From Dehalococcoidia bacterium (GTDB lineage: Bacteria; Chloroflexota; Dehalococcoidia; SHYB01), in assembly GCA_965261455.1 (NCBI GenBank), contig OZ253453.1:3511372-3575371 (forward strand): a stretch of DNA of 64,000 bases. The letters are read 5' to 3'. Both the position numbers and the translations under genes were made by a program. Below are positions 35,998 to 45,809 of the stretch, one piece after another; the first letter of the stretch is position 1, and every line of letters begins with the position of its first letter. The notes below the pieces were generated by a model. That model worked only from the letters and a program-made list of their open reading frames with translations. It was not told the DNA's origin and did no database searches.

Positions 35998-36372
35998 ATG
36001 CCCGACGACCTGCTGCCCCCCGGCGCGGCCCGCGAGGAAGAGTTGCCCACCAAGCCCGGTATGGGCGTGACCCACGCCGGCCCCCTCGAGATGCTTTCCA
36101 CACCGGCGATGATCGGGCTCATGGAGGGCGTCTGCCTCCGCCTCATGCAGGAGCATCTGGAAGCGGGTCTGACCTCCGTCGGCGCGCGCGTCGACGTGCG
36201 CCACCTCGCGCCCCACGCCGTCGGCGGCCCCGTCCGCGTCAAGGCGTCCTTCGCCAGGACGGAAGGGCGGCGCCTCATCTTCGATGTCGAGGCCTGGTCC
36301 GGCGAGGTCAAGATCGGCTCCGGCAGCCACGAGCGGGCCGTAATCGACCCCTCGAAGTTCAAGCAGCGCTGA
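35998..36372 (+). CDS. hotdog-fold thioesterase family protein
   Basis: 124-aa ORF; family guess from size and motif pattern; putative promoter TTGACC-N17-TAGCTT upstream. Confidence 0.4.
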   Translation: MPDDLLPPGAAREEELPTKPGMGVTHAGPLEMLSTPAMIGLMEGVCLRLMQEHLEAGLTSVGARVDVRHLAPHAVGGPVRVKASFARTEGRRLIFDVEAWSGEVKIGSGSHERAVIDPSKFKQR

Positions 36373-36412
36373 GCCCCGCCGCAACGGCGGGAAGGGCTAG
36401 AATCGAGGGGCC

Positions 36413-37297
36413 ATGACCGAGTCCCTCGTCTATCTCAATGGGCGCATCGTCCCGGCGCGCGAAGCGCGCGTGTCGGTCTACGATCAAGGCCTCCTCTACG
36501 GCTACGGTCTGTTCGAGACGATGCGCGCTTATCAGGGCCGTGTCTTCCGCGCCGCGGAGCATCTGGACCGACTGGCCCGCTCCGCACGCGACCTTGGACT
36601 GCCCCTTGACGGCCGGCTCGGCGAGCTTGCTCGCGCCGTGAACGAGACGCTCGCCGCCAACCGCCTGAGCGATGCGCGGGTCCGGCTCACGGTCACCGCC
36701 GGCGACTCGGCCTCGGGGCCCGCGCTCCCCGCCCGCGGCGAGCCCACGATTCTCGTTACCGCGAGCGCCCTGCCGCCCGCCGAGGCGCGCGATCATGAGT
36801 ACGAGCGGGGCTGGGGCGCCGTCGCGGCCTCGCGGGCGCGCTACAGCCGCTCCGTTACGGCCGCCCACAAGACCTTAAGCTACGTCGAAAACCTCGTCGC
36901 CCGCGCCGAGGCGGTCCGCGCCGGCGCCGACGAGGCCCTCATCCTGAACGAGCGCGGCTGCCTTACCGAGGGCGCCATGACGAACGTCTTCGTCGTGAAG
37001 GGTGGCGTGCTGCTTACCCCGGCCACAGACTGCGGCCTCCTGCCCGGCATCACCCGCAGCTCCGTCGTCGCCTTGGCCGATCCCCGCATGACGGTCGTCC
37101 AAGGATGGATACCCCTCGCCCTCGCGCAGCAGGCCGACGAGATCTTCGTCACGAACTCGGTGATCGAGATCATGCCGGTGACGGAGCTCGCCGGGCGCGT
37201 GATCGGCGGCGGGTCGCCCGGCGAGGTCACTCGTGCCCTGACCCAGGACTACCGGCGTCTCGTCGCCGAAGAGTTGGGGCTCGCCGCGGAAGGCTAG
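36413..37297 (+). CDS. class IV aminotransferase (branched-chain/D-amino-acid aminotransferase or aminodeoxychorismate-lyase-like)
   Basis: YLNGRIVPAREARVSVYDQGLLYGYGLFETMRAY...EHLDRL fold-type IV PLP enzyme signature. Confidence 0.7.
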   Translation: MTESLVYLNGRIVPAREARVSVYDQGLLYGYGLFETMRAYQGRVFRAAEHLDRLARSARDLGLPLDGRLGELARAVNETLAANRLSDARVRLTVTAGDSASGPALPARGEPTILVTASALPPAEARDHEYERGWGAVAASRARYSRSVTAAHKTLSYVENLVARAEAVRAGADEALILNERGCLTEGAMTNVFVVKGGVLLTPATDCGLLPGITRSSVVALADPRMTVVQGWIPLALAQQADEIFVTNSVIEIMPVTELAGRVIGGGSPGEVTRALTQDYRRLVAEELGLAAEG

Positions 37298-38256
37298 GTC
37301 CGTTCGCCGGTGGGTTGGGTTGCGCGGCACAGCGGCAGCGCGGCCGCCGGGCACTCCGCGTCGCATCGGTCGCGCGGTGTATCGCACGGGTCGATGTGGA
37401 TGGTGACGATCGAGCCGGGGAGTGCTTCGTGGATGCCGGCCTCGATGGAGTCGCCGAGGTCGTGGGCGCGGGCCACGCTCTCCACCCGCGGGACCATGAG
37501 GTTGAGATCGACGAGGCGCGACCTGCCCGAGCGCCGCGTCCGCATCCCGGAGTACGAGATGAACGCGCCGGCGTGCTCATCGAGGACGCCGCGTATCGCG
37601 GCCTCCTCATCGTTGGAGAGGCGCGTGTCGATCAGGTCGTGGTACGCGCTGAGGAAGAGGTTGCGCCCCGTCCACGTGATGACCGCGGCGACACCCAAGG
37701 CCACCGCCGAGTCGAGGAAGGTCCACGGCGTCACGCCGATGAGTACGAGGCCTGTGAGCACGCCGACCGACGTCACGATGTCGGACATGCGGTGCCGCGC
37801 CGCCGCTTCCAGCGCGGGGGATGCGGTCCTTCGCGCCACGCGGCGCAGGTGAAACGCGACGGCGATGTTGACGACGAGGGAGACTGCCGTGGCGGCGATC
37901 CCGAGCTCGATGTTGCTGACCTCGTGGTCGCCGCCGAGCCGCCGGATGGCCTCGAAGGTGATGAAGCCCGCCGCGACGATGATGAGCGCCGCCTCGACGA
38001 TCCCGCTCACGCTTTCGATCTTGCCGTGGCCGTAGGGGTGGTCCCGGTCGGCGGGCCGGGCCGCGAACGACACTGCCATCCACGCGAACAGCGCGCCGAG
38101 CAGGTCCATCCCGCTGTCGAGCGCGTCGGAGAGCACGCTGATGCTGCCGATGATCAGCCCAACGGTGACCTTGAGCGCGACAAGGTTGATGATGGCCAGG
38201 AGGGAGACGGCGGCCGCCCCTCCCGGCGTGCTGAGTATGGCAATGGCGCGCGACAT
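37294..38256 (-). CDS. cation diffusion facilitator (CDF) family transporter
   Basis: SDALDSGMDL and HPYGHGKIESV motifs with six TM segments plus a C-terminal cytoplasmic domain. Confidence 0.8.
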   Translation of the reverse strand: MSRAIAILSTPGGAAAVSLLAIINLVALKVTVGLIIGSISVLSDALDSGMDLLGALFAWMAVSFAARPADRDHPYGHGKIESVSGIVEAALIIVAAGFITFEAIRRLGGDHEVSNIELGIAATAVSLVVNIAVAFHLRRVARRTASPALEAAARHRMSDIVTSVGVLTGLVLIGVTPWTFLDSAVALGVAAVITWTGRNLFLSAYHDLIDTRLSNDEEAAIRGVLDEHAGAFISYSGMRTRRSGRSRLVDLNLMVPRVESVARAHDLGDSIEAGIHEALPGSIVTIHIDPCDTPRDRCDAECPAAALPLCRATQPTGERT

Positions 38257-38342
38257 GGCTCTAAGGGAATCCCGCGCCTTCGGCCTCGCGGACTGAGGCG
38301 CGCAGGTAGATTATGCCGTCATCGGAGCGGCCGCGTCAGGGG

Positions 38343-41027
38343 CTACGCGGCGGCGGTCCGGCGAGACCTGAAGGGAATCCGGAGTTTGGGCAGCTCGCCC
38401 TTCTCCGCCGCCACGAGAATGTTCGGCGCGAGCATGAGGGAGCTATACGCCCCCGCGATCACGCCGGTCAGCAGGATGCCCATGAAGTCGCGGATGGTCT
38501 CGCCGCCGAAGAGCAAGACGGCGAGGATGGCGGCGGCGGTGGTCAGCGTGGTGTTGAGGTTCCGTATCAGCGTCTCGTTGAGGCTGATGTTGACCGAGGT
38601 CTCGAATGGCCTGCCAGGGCTCTTCACCACGTTCTCGCGGATGCGGTCGAAGACCACGATGGTGTTGTTCACGCTATAGCCGATGACCGCCAGGATGCCG
38701 ACGATCATCAACGAGTTGATCTCGACGTCGGTGAACTTAGCCAGCAGTCCGTAGAGGCCGAGCACGATCAGCACGTCGTGGCTCAACCCCACAATGGCGG
38801 CGAGGCCGTAACGGTACGAGCGCGGGATGCGGCGGAAGGCCCACCAGATGTAGAGCAGGATGCCCACCGTGCCCGCGAGCACGGCCCAGAACGTGTTGAG
38901 GATGCTGCGCTTGGCGATCTCCGCGTCCACCGAGGTGAAGTCCACGGCGTCGGCGTTGATGGGAGCGACGCTGCCGAGCGCGGTGAGCAGCACGCTGCGC
39001 CCGTCGGACTCGGCGCGGCTGCCGCGGATGAAGATACCGTCGCCCCGGGCCTCCGCCGTCAGGTCGACGTAACCCACGTCGTCGAGCTCGTTTACAACGG
39101 CCTCGGGAGAGACGGGGCGCTCGAAGACCAGGGTCTGCGCGACGTGTGTGGAGAAGTTGAGGCCGGTCGCGACGATCTCCCCGAACTCGCTCCGCAGCGT
39201 GGACAGGACCAACCCCTGCTGCTCCGAGCTCAGCCGGTTACCTGCGATGAAGAACTGGTTCGGCCCGTCCCGCTGAATGATTACAAGGTTTCTGACTGCC
39301 TGGATGGACTGCGCGGCGTCGGTTGGCAGGACCGTGAAGAGCCCTTCCGCGGTGAGATCGAGCGGCCCGGTCTCCGCCGGTCCCAGCGCCTCTTCGACCG
39401 CGGCGACGATGGTGTCGCTGAGTTCCGCCGCGTCTTGGCCGAAGACCACGTAGCCGCCGAAGAGTCGCGGCGCGCTCGAGGCCGCGCCGTCGCTCGCGTC
39501 GGTCACGGCCTCCGCGACGTCGTTACTGCCGTAGCTCGGGCCAAAGTCGACGATGAAAGCCGCGCCTGGATTCACCGGGACCGGCTCCTGCTCGAACTCG
39601 CCGAAACGGACCGTGAGGTCGTCGAGCACCTGCTGCCGCGTCGCTTCGGACAGGCCTTCGCCCAGCAGGACGAAGCTCCCGTCCGTCTCCATCGCGGCAA
39701 CCTCGTCGAGGCCGAGCAGGCTGATCTCCGCCCGCAGGGTGTCCAAGTCGACGTCCACCGTTTCGGGGAACGTGATGGATATGGCCAGGTCGTCCGCCGG
39801 ATCGAACGTGGTCAACTCGGCGGAGCCGAAGCGTAGCTGGAGCCCTTGAACCAGGCCCGTAAGCTCCTCCTCGGTGATGGCGGCGTCGAGGCCGCCGAAG
39901 CGGTTCTCGCTCAGCAGCGACGACGTGAGATCGGCCCGCCCTTGGGCGCGGACCTCGCCGTCGAAGTCGAAGGTGTTGACTATGGGCGTGCCAAGGTCGA
40001 GCGAGAGCGCGAGGTCGCCCTCTCCACCGAAGCCGCGCCACTCGATGGTGCCGAGGGCGTTCTCGATGTCCGCCGCAGCGATGTCGGCGTTGACGCCGAG
40101 CTCTTCGCCTTGCAACAGGAACTCGCCGCTCTCCCGCGGCGAGACCGAGACACCCTCGCCCGCGGCTGCGGTGAGGGGCAGGATGACGAGGGTGTCGAGC
40201 ACCTGTTCGAGGGTGACAGTTTCGCTGAAGTCCAGGATGAAGATGGGGTCCTGCGCGAGGTCGACCGGGGCGCGCTCGATGTCGCCGAAGCGCCCTACGA
40301 GCGTGTCGATCAGGGTCGTCTCGTCCTCCGCTGCGAGGTCCTGCGCGGCGGTGAAGAGAGTGTTTGGAGTCTCGACGACGGCGGTCACGGCCCCGGCGGT
40401 GCTCAGGCCGGCGAGTATCGTGTCTACCTCCCCTTGGGTCACGTCGGCGTCATCGGGGAAGGTGAGGACCGCTGCAAAGCTGTTCTCGTCGAAGTCGGTG
40501 CGGGTTACCGTCCCGATAGGCTCCCAGGCGGCGATGATCTCTGCTAGGCGCTCCTCATCTACACCGGGCGCGGCCACGAGGAAGCGGTCGGCGCCGGTGG
40601 CCTCGACCCGTGTGCCTTCGGCGGGCTCGTCGCCGAACGCTTCGAGAACGTCATCCGCCGCGACGGTGTCCACGAAGAGCACCGTCTCCGCCATGTCGGA
40701 GGCCCGCTCGAAGCCGAAGGGGGTGAGCGGCCCAAAGGCGTCGGCAAGGCGGGCCAGCAGGTCTTCCTCGACGAACTCGGTGCGGATGAAGAAGGTCGTG
40801 TCGTTCAGGGCTTGGACGGAGGCGTCCCCGTGGTCGATCTCGGCGAGGCGGGCGCGCACGTCTTCAAGGTCAACGGGCTCGTCGAATTGGACGGTGAGCG
40901 AGGTGCCGCTGGAGAACTCGAGGCCGAAGGGCAGCCGCGGCGGGATGAGCAGCGCGGCGAGGCACACAGCGACGATGGCCGCGGTGAACATGAAGGCGAG
41001 CCGCCGGTTGGCTACGAATTCATACAC
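38343..41027 (-). CDS. secF: protein translocase subunit SecF with a greatly expanded (~550 aa) periplasmic domain
   Basis: N-terminal TM plus GLEFSSGTSL (SecF P1 start). The C-terminal 6-TM SecF core is FWAVLAGTVGILLYIWWAFR...VVFDRIRENV. 894 aa versus ~300-400 typical. Follows secD. Confidence 0.75.
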   Translation of the reverse strand: MYEFVANRRLAFMFTAAIVAVCLAALLIPPRLPFGLEFSSGTSLTVQFDEPVDLEDVRARLAEIDHGDASVQALNDTTFFIRTEFVEEDLLARLADAFGPLTPFGFERASDMAETVLFVDTVAADDVLEAFGDEPAEGTRVEATGADRFLVAAPGVDEERLAEIIAAWEPIGTVTRTDFDENSFAAVLTFPDDADVTQGEVDTILAGLSTAGAVTAVVETPNTLFTAAQDLAAEDETTLIDTLVGRFGDIERAPVDLAQDPIFILDFSETVTLEQVLDTLVILPLTAAAGEGVSVSPRESGEFLLQGEELGVNADIAAADIENALGTIEWRGFGGEGDLALSLDLGTPIVNTFDFDGEVRAQGRADLTSSLLSENRFGGLDAAITEEELTGLVQGLQLRFGSAELTTFDPADDLAISITFPETVDVDLDTLRAEISLLGLDEVAAMETDGSFVLLGEGLSEATRQQVLDDLTVRFGEFEQEPVPVNPGAAFIVDFGPSYGSNDVAEAVTDASDGAASSAPRLFGGYVVFGQDAAELSDTIVAAVEEALGPAETGPLDLTAEGLFTVLPTDAAQSIQAVRNLVIIQRDGPNQFFIAGNRLSSEQQGLVLSTLRSEFGEIVATGLNFSTHVAQTLVFERPVSPEAVVNELDDVGYVDLTAEARGDGIFIRGSRAESDGRSVLLTALGSVAPINADAVDFTSVDAEIAKRSILNTFWAVLAGTVGILLYIWWAFRRIPRSYRYGLAAIVGLSHDVLIVLGLYGLLAKFTDVEINSLMIVGILAVIGYSVNNTIVVFDRIRENVVKSPGRPFETSVNISLNETLIRNLNTTLTTAAAILAVLLFGGETIRDFMGILLTGVIAGAYSSLMLAPNILVAAEKGELPKLRIPFRSRRTAAA

Positions 41028-41098
41028 GTTACGTTCTGTCCTGCCGTTATGCCTAGCGTGGTTTCAAGTCTCTCAGTGTTCGGTAGCGCATCGCCGAG

Positions 41099-42436
41099 TC
41101 AGCTCAGCGCGGGAGTGGTCCGTTGGGGTTCGCGGATGTCGGCGAAGAGCCTGGGCTTCCCCGCCAGCGGCGTGCCGACGAGGAGCCGGAGGATGGTCCG
41201 GGTGACGACGAAGGCGGTGAACACGCTGGCGATGATGGCTAGCATCAGGGTGATGGCGAAGCCGATCACACGCGGTTCGCCGAGCTGATCGCCGAACCAC
41301 CACAGGATGAGCATCACGATGAACGTGGTGACCTGGCTATCGCGGATCGCCGACCAAGCGCGGTCGAAGCCGGCCTCAATGGCCGCACCCAGCGTGCGGC
41401 CCGACCGCAATTCCTCGCGCATACGCTCGAAGATGATGACGTTGGCGTCCACCGCCATACCCACGGACACCACGAAGGCGGAGAGGCCGGACAGCGTCAG
41501 CGTGACGCCCACGAGCTTGAAGGCGGCGAGCACCAGCACGGTGTAGAGGACCAGGCCCCCCACGGCCACCAAGCCGAGCAGCCGGTAGTAGAGCAGCATG
41601 AAGAGCATCACCAGGGCCAGCCCAATCATGGCGGCGAGGTAGCTCTTGTTCAGCGAGTCCTCGCCCAACGTGGCGGAGACGTCGTCTTCGCGCACGACGC
41701 TGATGCTCACCGGCAGCGCGCCCGCGTTCAGTTGAATGGCGAGGGTGCGGGCGTTCGACCGCGAGAGGCCGGTAATGCGCCCGCTGCCGCTGATGACGGA
41801 TTGGACGGTGGGGGCGGAAATCAGACCGCCATCGAGGAAGATGCCCAAGGGCTGACCGATGTTGCGCCGCGTGATCTGCTCGAACATGCGCGACCCTTCG
41901 CCGTCGAAATCGAACGTCACCACGGGCAGGCCCGTCGTGGGGTCGGAGACCACGCTCGAGGTGGGGCGGAGGAACTCACCGGTGAGGTGCTTCGTCACGC
42001 CCCCGTTGCCTGCAGCGAGTGCCGGCTGGTTCTGCGAGCACTGCGTGTCGAGGCATTCGCGGTAGTCGAGCTGAGCCGTGCCCCCGATGAGGCTCTTCGC
42101 CTCGTCGATGTCGGTGATCCCAGCGAGCTGCACGATGATCTCGTTGCTGCCGCTGCGCTGGATCAGGGGCTCGGTCACGCCGAAGGCGTTGATGCGGCGG
42201 CTCATCACGTCCACCACGCCCTCGACCTGCTGGTCGGTGACGCCGGGGTCGTCGGCGCGGTAGATGAGCAGCGTGCCGCCTTGCAGGTCGAGGCCGAGCC
42301 GCAGGCCGAGCGGGCCGTCCTCCGAGCCGCGCTCGAAGCCGCCGATGTTGACGGTGCGGAAGATGAGGGACAGGATCGCCAGCGTGAAGACGATGACGAT
42401 GATCGCCAAAGACAAGCGGTTTCGACTAATCCGCAC
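41099..42436 (-). CDS. secD: protein translocase subunit SecD
   Basis: GLDLQGGTLLIYRAD P1 head start; C-terminal TM core VIIFERMREEL; 445 aa. Confidence 0.85.
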   Translation of the reverse strand: MRISRNRLSLAIIVIVFTLAILSLIFRTVNIGGFERGSEDGPLGLRLGLDLQGGTLLIYRADDPGVTDQQVEGVVDVMSRRINAFGVTEPLIQRSGSNEIIVQLAGITDIDEAKSLIGGTAQLDYRECLDTQCSQNQPALAAGNGGVTKHLTGEFLRPTSSVVSDPTTGLPVVTFDFDGEGSRMFEQITRRNIGQPLGIFLDGGLISAPTVQSVISGSGRITGLSRSNARTLAIQLNAGALPVSISVVREDDVSATLGEDSLNKSYLAAMIGLALVMLFMLLYYRLLGLVAVGGLVLYTVLVLAAFKLVGVTLTLSGLSAFVVSVGMAVDANVIIFERMREELRSGRTLGAAIEAGFDRAWSAIRDSQVTTFIVMLILWWFGDQLGEPRVIGFAITLMLAIIASVFTAFVVTRTILRLLVGTPLAGKPRLFADIREPQRTTPALS

Positions 42437-43919
42437 GCCAGCTCCTTTGGGGGCGCGCTTCGGGGTCGGCCGTGGAGCCCTCGGCCAGCAGCTTGCCGGC
42501 GAGGGCGATGGCTTGAGGCCGCGTCTCGATCTCTCCGGCGGCTTGCGCTTCTCTCAGGGTTTCCATAAGCCGACCGATGATCGGGCCGGGTTCGAGGCCG
42601 AGCGCTCCCATCAGGTCATGACCGTCGACGATGCGGGGAGCGGGGACCTCGCTCACTCTCGAATAGTAGGCGACAAGGATACCATGAATCCTTTCGGCGT
42701 ACGCGGCCCAGTTCGCGGGGTTGAGCCGGGGGCCTTTCGCCGCCAGAAAATCGGCGTAGCTCAGGTACAGCGTGTCGATGGCGGCGTCTCCCGCGTCGCG
42801 GAAGTAGCGGTACAGCGCGCGCCGGCTCGGTCCGTCCGGCTCGCGGCTGATCATCTCCGGCCGCAAGTGCTCCCGCACCATGACCGCGACCAGGCGCCGC
42901 TCACGGTTGGAGAAGCACAGCCGCTCCATAACCCCCTCGGTCATGATCGCCCCCGCCTTGGGGTGGCCGAGAAACCGGATGCGGCCATCGGCCTCGACGG
43001 TCTTGCAGGCCGGCTTTGCTACGTCGTGCAGCAGGGCGGCTAGGCGGAGGGCATCGGCCCGCGTTCGGCCGCCGCCGATGGCCTCGTCGGCGTAGGAGGC
43101 GTCCCGCTCATCCCAGGAAATCGCGGGCTCGGGATCGGGAGCAAGCGGCTCGACGTGCAGGACGCCTTGGACTTTGCCCACGGCCTCCAGGGAATGTTCG
43201 AGCACGTCCCAGTAGTGCTCCTTGGGCTGGCCGGCGCCGCGCGCCGCTTCGAGCTCGGGAATGATCTGCGTCAGCAAACCGAGGCGGTCGAGCAGGCGCA
43301 GATGGCGCGCCGCGCCGGGCGGGCGCATCAGCCGGACAAGCTCATCCCGCACGCGCTCCCCCGCGCTCGACGTAATGCGGTCCGCTCCGGCAGCGATCCA
43401 CGCCGCGGTCTGGGGCTCCATCTCGAATCCAAGCTCGGCGCAGAGGCGGACCGCCCGGGCCATGCGTACCGGATCGGCGGCCAGAACCTCTTCGCTGACG
43501 GCCCGCAGGTGTTTGGCCCGCAGGTCCTCCAGCCCGCCCGCGGGATCGACGACCTGCGAAGGCGCGACGTTGGGCCAGAGCTGCAACGGCAGCGCCATGG
43601 CGTTGATGGTGAAGTCGCGCCGCAGCAGATCGGGGCCGATGCCTCCGTCGGCGCGCGTCAAGTCGATAGACGCCGCGTCGTCGCGGGAGACGATGCGGTG
43701 GACGTCCCGCTCGGCGTCGAGCGGGACGGCGGCGGCCCCGGCGCCCCTCGCGATGGCGCGCGCCAGCTCGCCAACATCCTCGACGTCAACGGCGAGGTCG
43801 AGATCGGCCGGCTCGCGGCCCAGCAGCGCGTCCCGCACCGCGCCGCCGGCGACCCACGCCGAGGCGTGGCGCTCGCCCAGCGCGCGGCGCGCGGAGCCGA
43901 GGATTGCGGACAGAGACAT
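42426..43919 (-). CDS. cca: CCA tRNA nucleotidyltransferase / poly(A) polymerase family protein with C-terminal HD domain
   Basis: AWVAGGAVRDALLGREPADLDLAV nucleotidyltransferase head motif; HD domain region HDVAKP; start at MSLSAILG (the listed 581-aa ORF is over-extended). Confidence 0.7.
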   Translation of the reverse strand: MSLSAILGSARRALGERHASAWVAGGAVRDALLGREPADLDLAVDVEDVGELARAIARGAGAAAVPLDAERDVHRIVSRDDAASIDLTRADGGIGPDLLRRDFTINAMALPLQLWPNVAPSQVVDPAGGLEDLRAKHLRAVSEEVLAADPVRMARAVRLCAELGFEMEPQTAAWIAAGADRITSSAGERVRDELVRLMRPPGAARHLRLLDRLGLLTQIIPELEAARGAGQPKEHYWDVLEHSLEAVGKVQGVLHVEPLAPDPEPAISWDERDASYADEAIGGGRTRADALRLAALLHDVAKPACKTVEADGRIRFLGHPKAGAIMTEGVMERLCFSNRERRLVAVMVREHLRPEMISREPDGPSRRALYRYFRDAGDAAIDTLYLSYADFLAAKGPRLNPANWAAYAERIHGILVAYYSRVSEVPAPRIVDGHDLMGALGLEPGPIIGRLMETLREAQAAGEIETRPQAIALAGKLLAEGSTADPEARPQRSWRAD

Positions 43920-43942
43920 AGTCGGGGCGTCCCCCGGGCCCG

Positions 43943-44506
43943 CTACGCGGCGGGCGCTTCGCCGTACACTTCGCGCAGGGCTTCCGACTCCTCGGACTCC
44001 TCTTGCTCGATGGGTGCGAGGGTGTCGAGCGTGCCCTGCTCTTTCATGCGGTCCACGTATAGCATGCCGTCGAGGTGGTCGATCTCGTGTTCGAGCGCCT
44101 GGGCCATGATGCCGTCGGCCTTCAGGCGCACCGCCTTCCCCTCGCGGTCGAGGCCCTTGACCTTGACCCACTCGGCGCGGTTGAGCTTGCCGCGGTAGCC
44201 GGGGATGCTCAAGCAGCCCTCCGAGACCAGCCGCTCCCCGCCCTTCTTCACGAACTCGGGGTTCACCAGGACGTACTCTTCGCGGTAGACCTCTTCGGTG
44301 TCGGGATCCTGGTAGGGAATCCCCATGACGAGGACGCGAAGCGGCACGCCCACTTGGTTCGCGGCGAGGCCGATCCCCTCCTCGGCGTACATCGTCTCCA
44401 TCAGGTCGTCGATCAGCCGCTGCACCGAGGCGTCGATCTTGGAGACGCGCTTTGCCTTCCGGCGAAGCACGGACTCAGGCGCATATTTGAGCGGAAGTAC
44501 CGTCAC
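43943..44506 (-). CDS. def: peptide deformylase
   Basis: GIGLAANQVG, EGCLSIPG and HEIDHLDG motifs. Confidence 0.9.
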   Translation of the reverse strand: MTVLPLKYAPESVLRRKAKRVSKIDASVQRLIDDLMETMYAEEGIGLAANQVGVPLRVLVMGIPYQDPDTEEVYREEYVLVNPEFVKKGGERLVSEGCLSIPGYRGKLNRAEWVKVKGLDREGKAVRLKADGIMAQALEHEIDHLDGMLYVDRMKEQGTLDTLAPIEQEESEESEALREVYGEAPAA

Positions 44507-44577
44507 GCTCGCTCCTACCCTGGCGGGCCTCCCGGCCCGATTGGGCTCTAGGCCCTAAGTATACCGTGACACGTGCC

Positions 44578-44640
44578 CTAGGGAGACCGGCTCCCCCGCT
44601 GTCCCCCACCGGGGAGCGCCCTTTGGGCGCCCCTCCCATC
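44578..44640. repeat. REP-like palindromes (GGGAGACCGGCTCCCCC...CCCCCACCGGGGAGCGCCCTTTGGGCGCCCCTCCC)
   Basis: Same GC-rich hairpin family, in the def-isochorismatase intergenic region. Confidence 0.35.
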
Positions 44641-44653
44641 CCAACGGCCGGTG

Positions 44654-45211
44654 TTATCCCCGCATCTGGGCGGCGAATTCGTCCACGGTGAGCGTGTTGG
44701 TGAAAACGCTGCCTGTGAGGACGCGGTGGGCCTCTTCGTTGGGGTCGGCGATGGCGTCGGAGAGAATGCCGACGCGGTAGGAGCTGTCGGCTCCCCAGCA
44801 CGCCGTATACATGATGGCCCCCGTGGTGCGGACGCCCATGAGGACAATCTGCGAGCGCCCTTGCGCCCGCAGGATGTCGTCGAGGTCGGTGGCGGCGAAG
44901 GCCCCAACGCGGCGTTTTCGTAGGATCGCCTCGCCGTCGGCGTAGACGTCGGGATGGGGTTCGACCTGGGGCCCGTCGCCTTCCATCGCCAAGCCCGCGT
45001 TCTTGAACGACTCGAACGCGCTGCCGGGGGTGACTTCGGGGTAGCCGGGGCGGAACTGCACGATCCCGTGGAGCACCGGAATGCCCGCGGCCCGCGCCGC
45101 CTCGGCCGCCCGCCGCCCGTTCGCCACGAGGCTGGCCTCGTAGTTCGCCATGATGCCCTTCGTCATGGAGAGCGCTATCAGCGCGGTCTTGGCCGGGTCG
45201 AATGTCGTCAT
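44654..45211 (-). CDS. isochorismatase-family cysteine hydrolase
   Basis: 185-aa isochorismatase-like sequence with conserved Cys in TTGAIMYTACWGADS. Confidence 0.7.
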   Translation of the reverse strand: MTTFDPAKTALIALSMTKGIMANYEASLVANGRRAAEAARAAGIPVLHGIVQFRPGYPEVTPGSAFESFKNAGLAMEGDGPQVEPHPDVYADGEAILRKRRVGAFAATDLDDILRAQGRSQIVLMGVRTTGAIMYTACWGADSSYRVGILSDAIADPNEEAHRVLTGSVFTNTLTVDEFAAQMRG

Positions 45212-45304
45212 GGTGTCCCTCCCGCGAACGCCTGTGCCGCTCGGACTGCGGCGGGCGACGCGGCGCAGTCTAGCAAAACGGCGGGGAGTCCGACAGCGAG
45301 CGCG

Positions 45305-45338
45305 CAGAGAACGCCCGGGGCCGCCCGGGCGTTCTCTG
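45305..45338 (-). terminator. GC-rich 15-bp perfect hairpin (CAGAGAACGCCCGGG-gccg-CCCGGGCGTTCTCTG) downstream of the peroxiredoxin gene
   Basis: Direct reading; no adjacent U-tract, so the terminator role is inferred. Confidence 0.35.
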
Positions 45339-45356
45339 TGTGCGTTCGGCTGGCGG

Positions 45357-45809
45357 CTAGAGCTTGTCGACTTCGGCGAGCACGGCGTCGACTTGGGGAA
45401 GCCCGCTGGAGAAGATCTCCTTGTAGCGGATGACGCCCTCTCCGTCGATGATGATGACGGCGCGGCGCGCCATCCCCGCGTCCTCGTTGTAGACGCCGTA
45501 GGCCTTGGCGACGTCGCCCTTGGGGTGGTAGTCGCCCAGGATCGGATGGCTGACCCCGCCGAGGCTGGTGGCGAATGCCTTCTGGCTGAATTGGCTATCG
45601 GTGCTTGCGCTCAAAACCTGAGCGCCCTTCTCCTCGAACCGCTTGTTGGCCAAGTGGAACGAGGAGACCTGGTTCGTTCAGCCACCGGTGAAGGCGGCGG
45701 GGAACCACCCTATAACGATAGCCTTACCCTTCAACTCGCTCAGGCTGACCTTCCCCGTCGAAGACGGCAGGGTGAAGTCAGGAGCCTTGTCCCCTACTTC
45801 TGCTGACAT
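45357..45809 (-). CDS. peroxiredoxin (Bcp/PrxQ/AhpE-like) with an in-frame TGA (45678-45680) at the peroxidatic-cysteine position: candidate selenocysteine-containing Prx, or a pseudogene
   Basis: Two same-frame ORFs (45678..45866 and 45357..45653) join as MSAEVGDKAPDFTLP...AIVIGWFPAAFTGG-[TGA]-TNQVSSFHLANKRFEEKGAQVLSASTDS.... F-T-G-G-U-T matches the Prx Cp motif FTxxC(T). AAGGGAGA RBS before the ATG at 45809. Confidence 0.55.
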
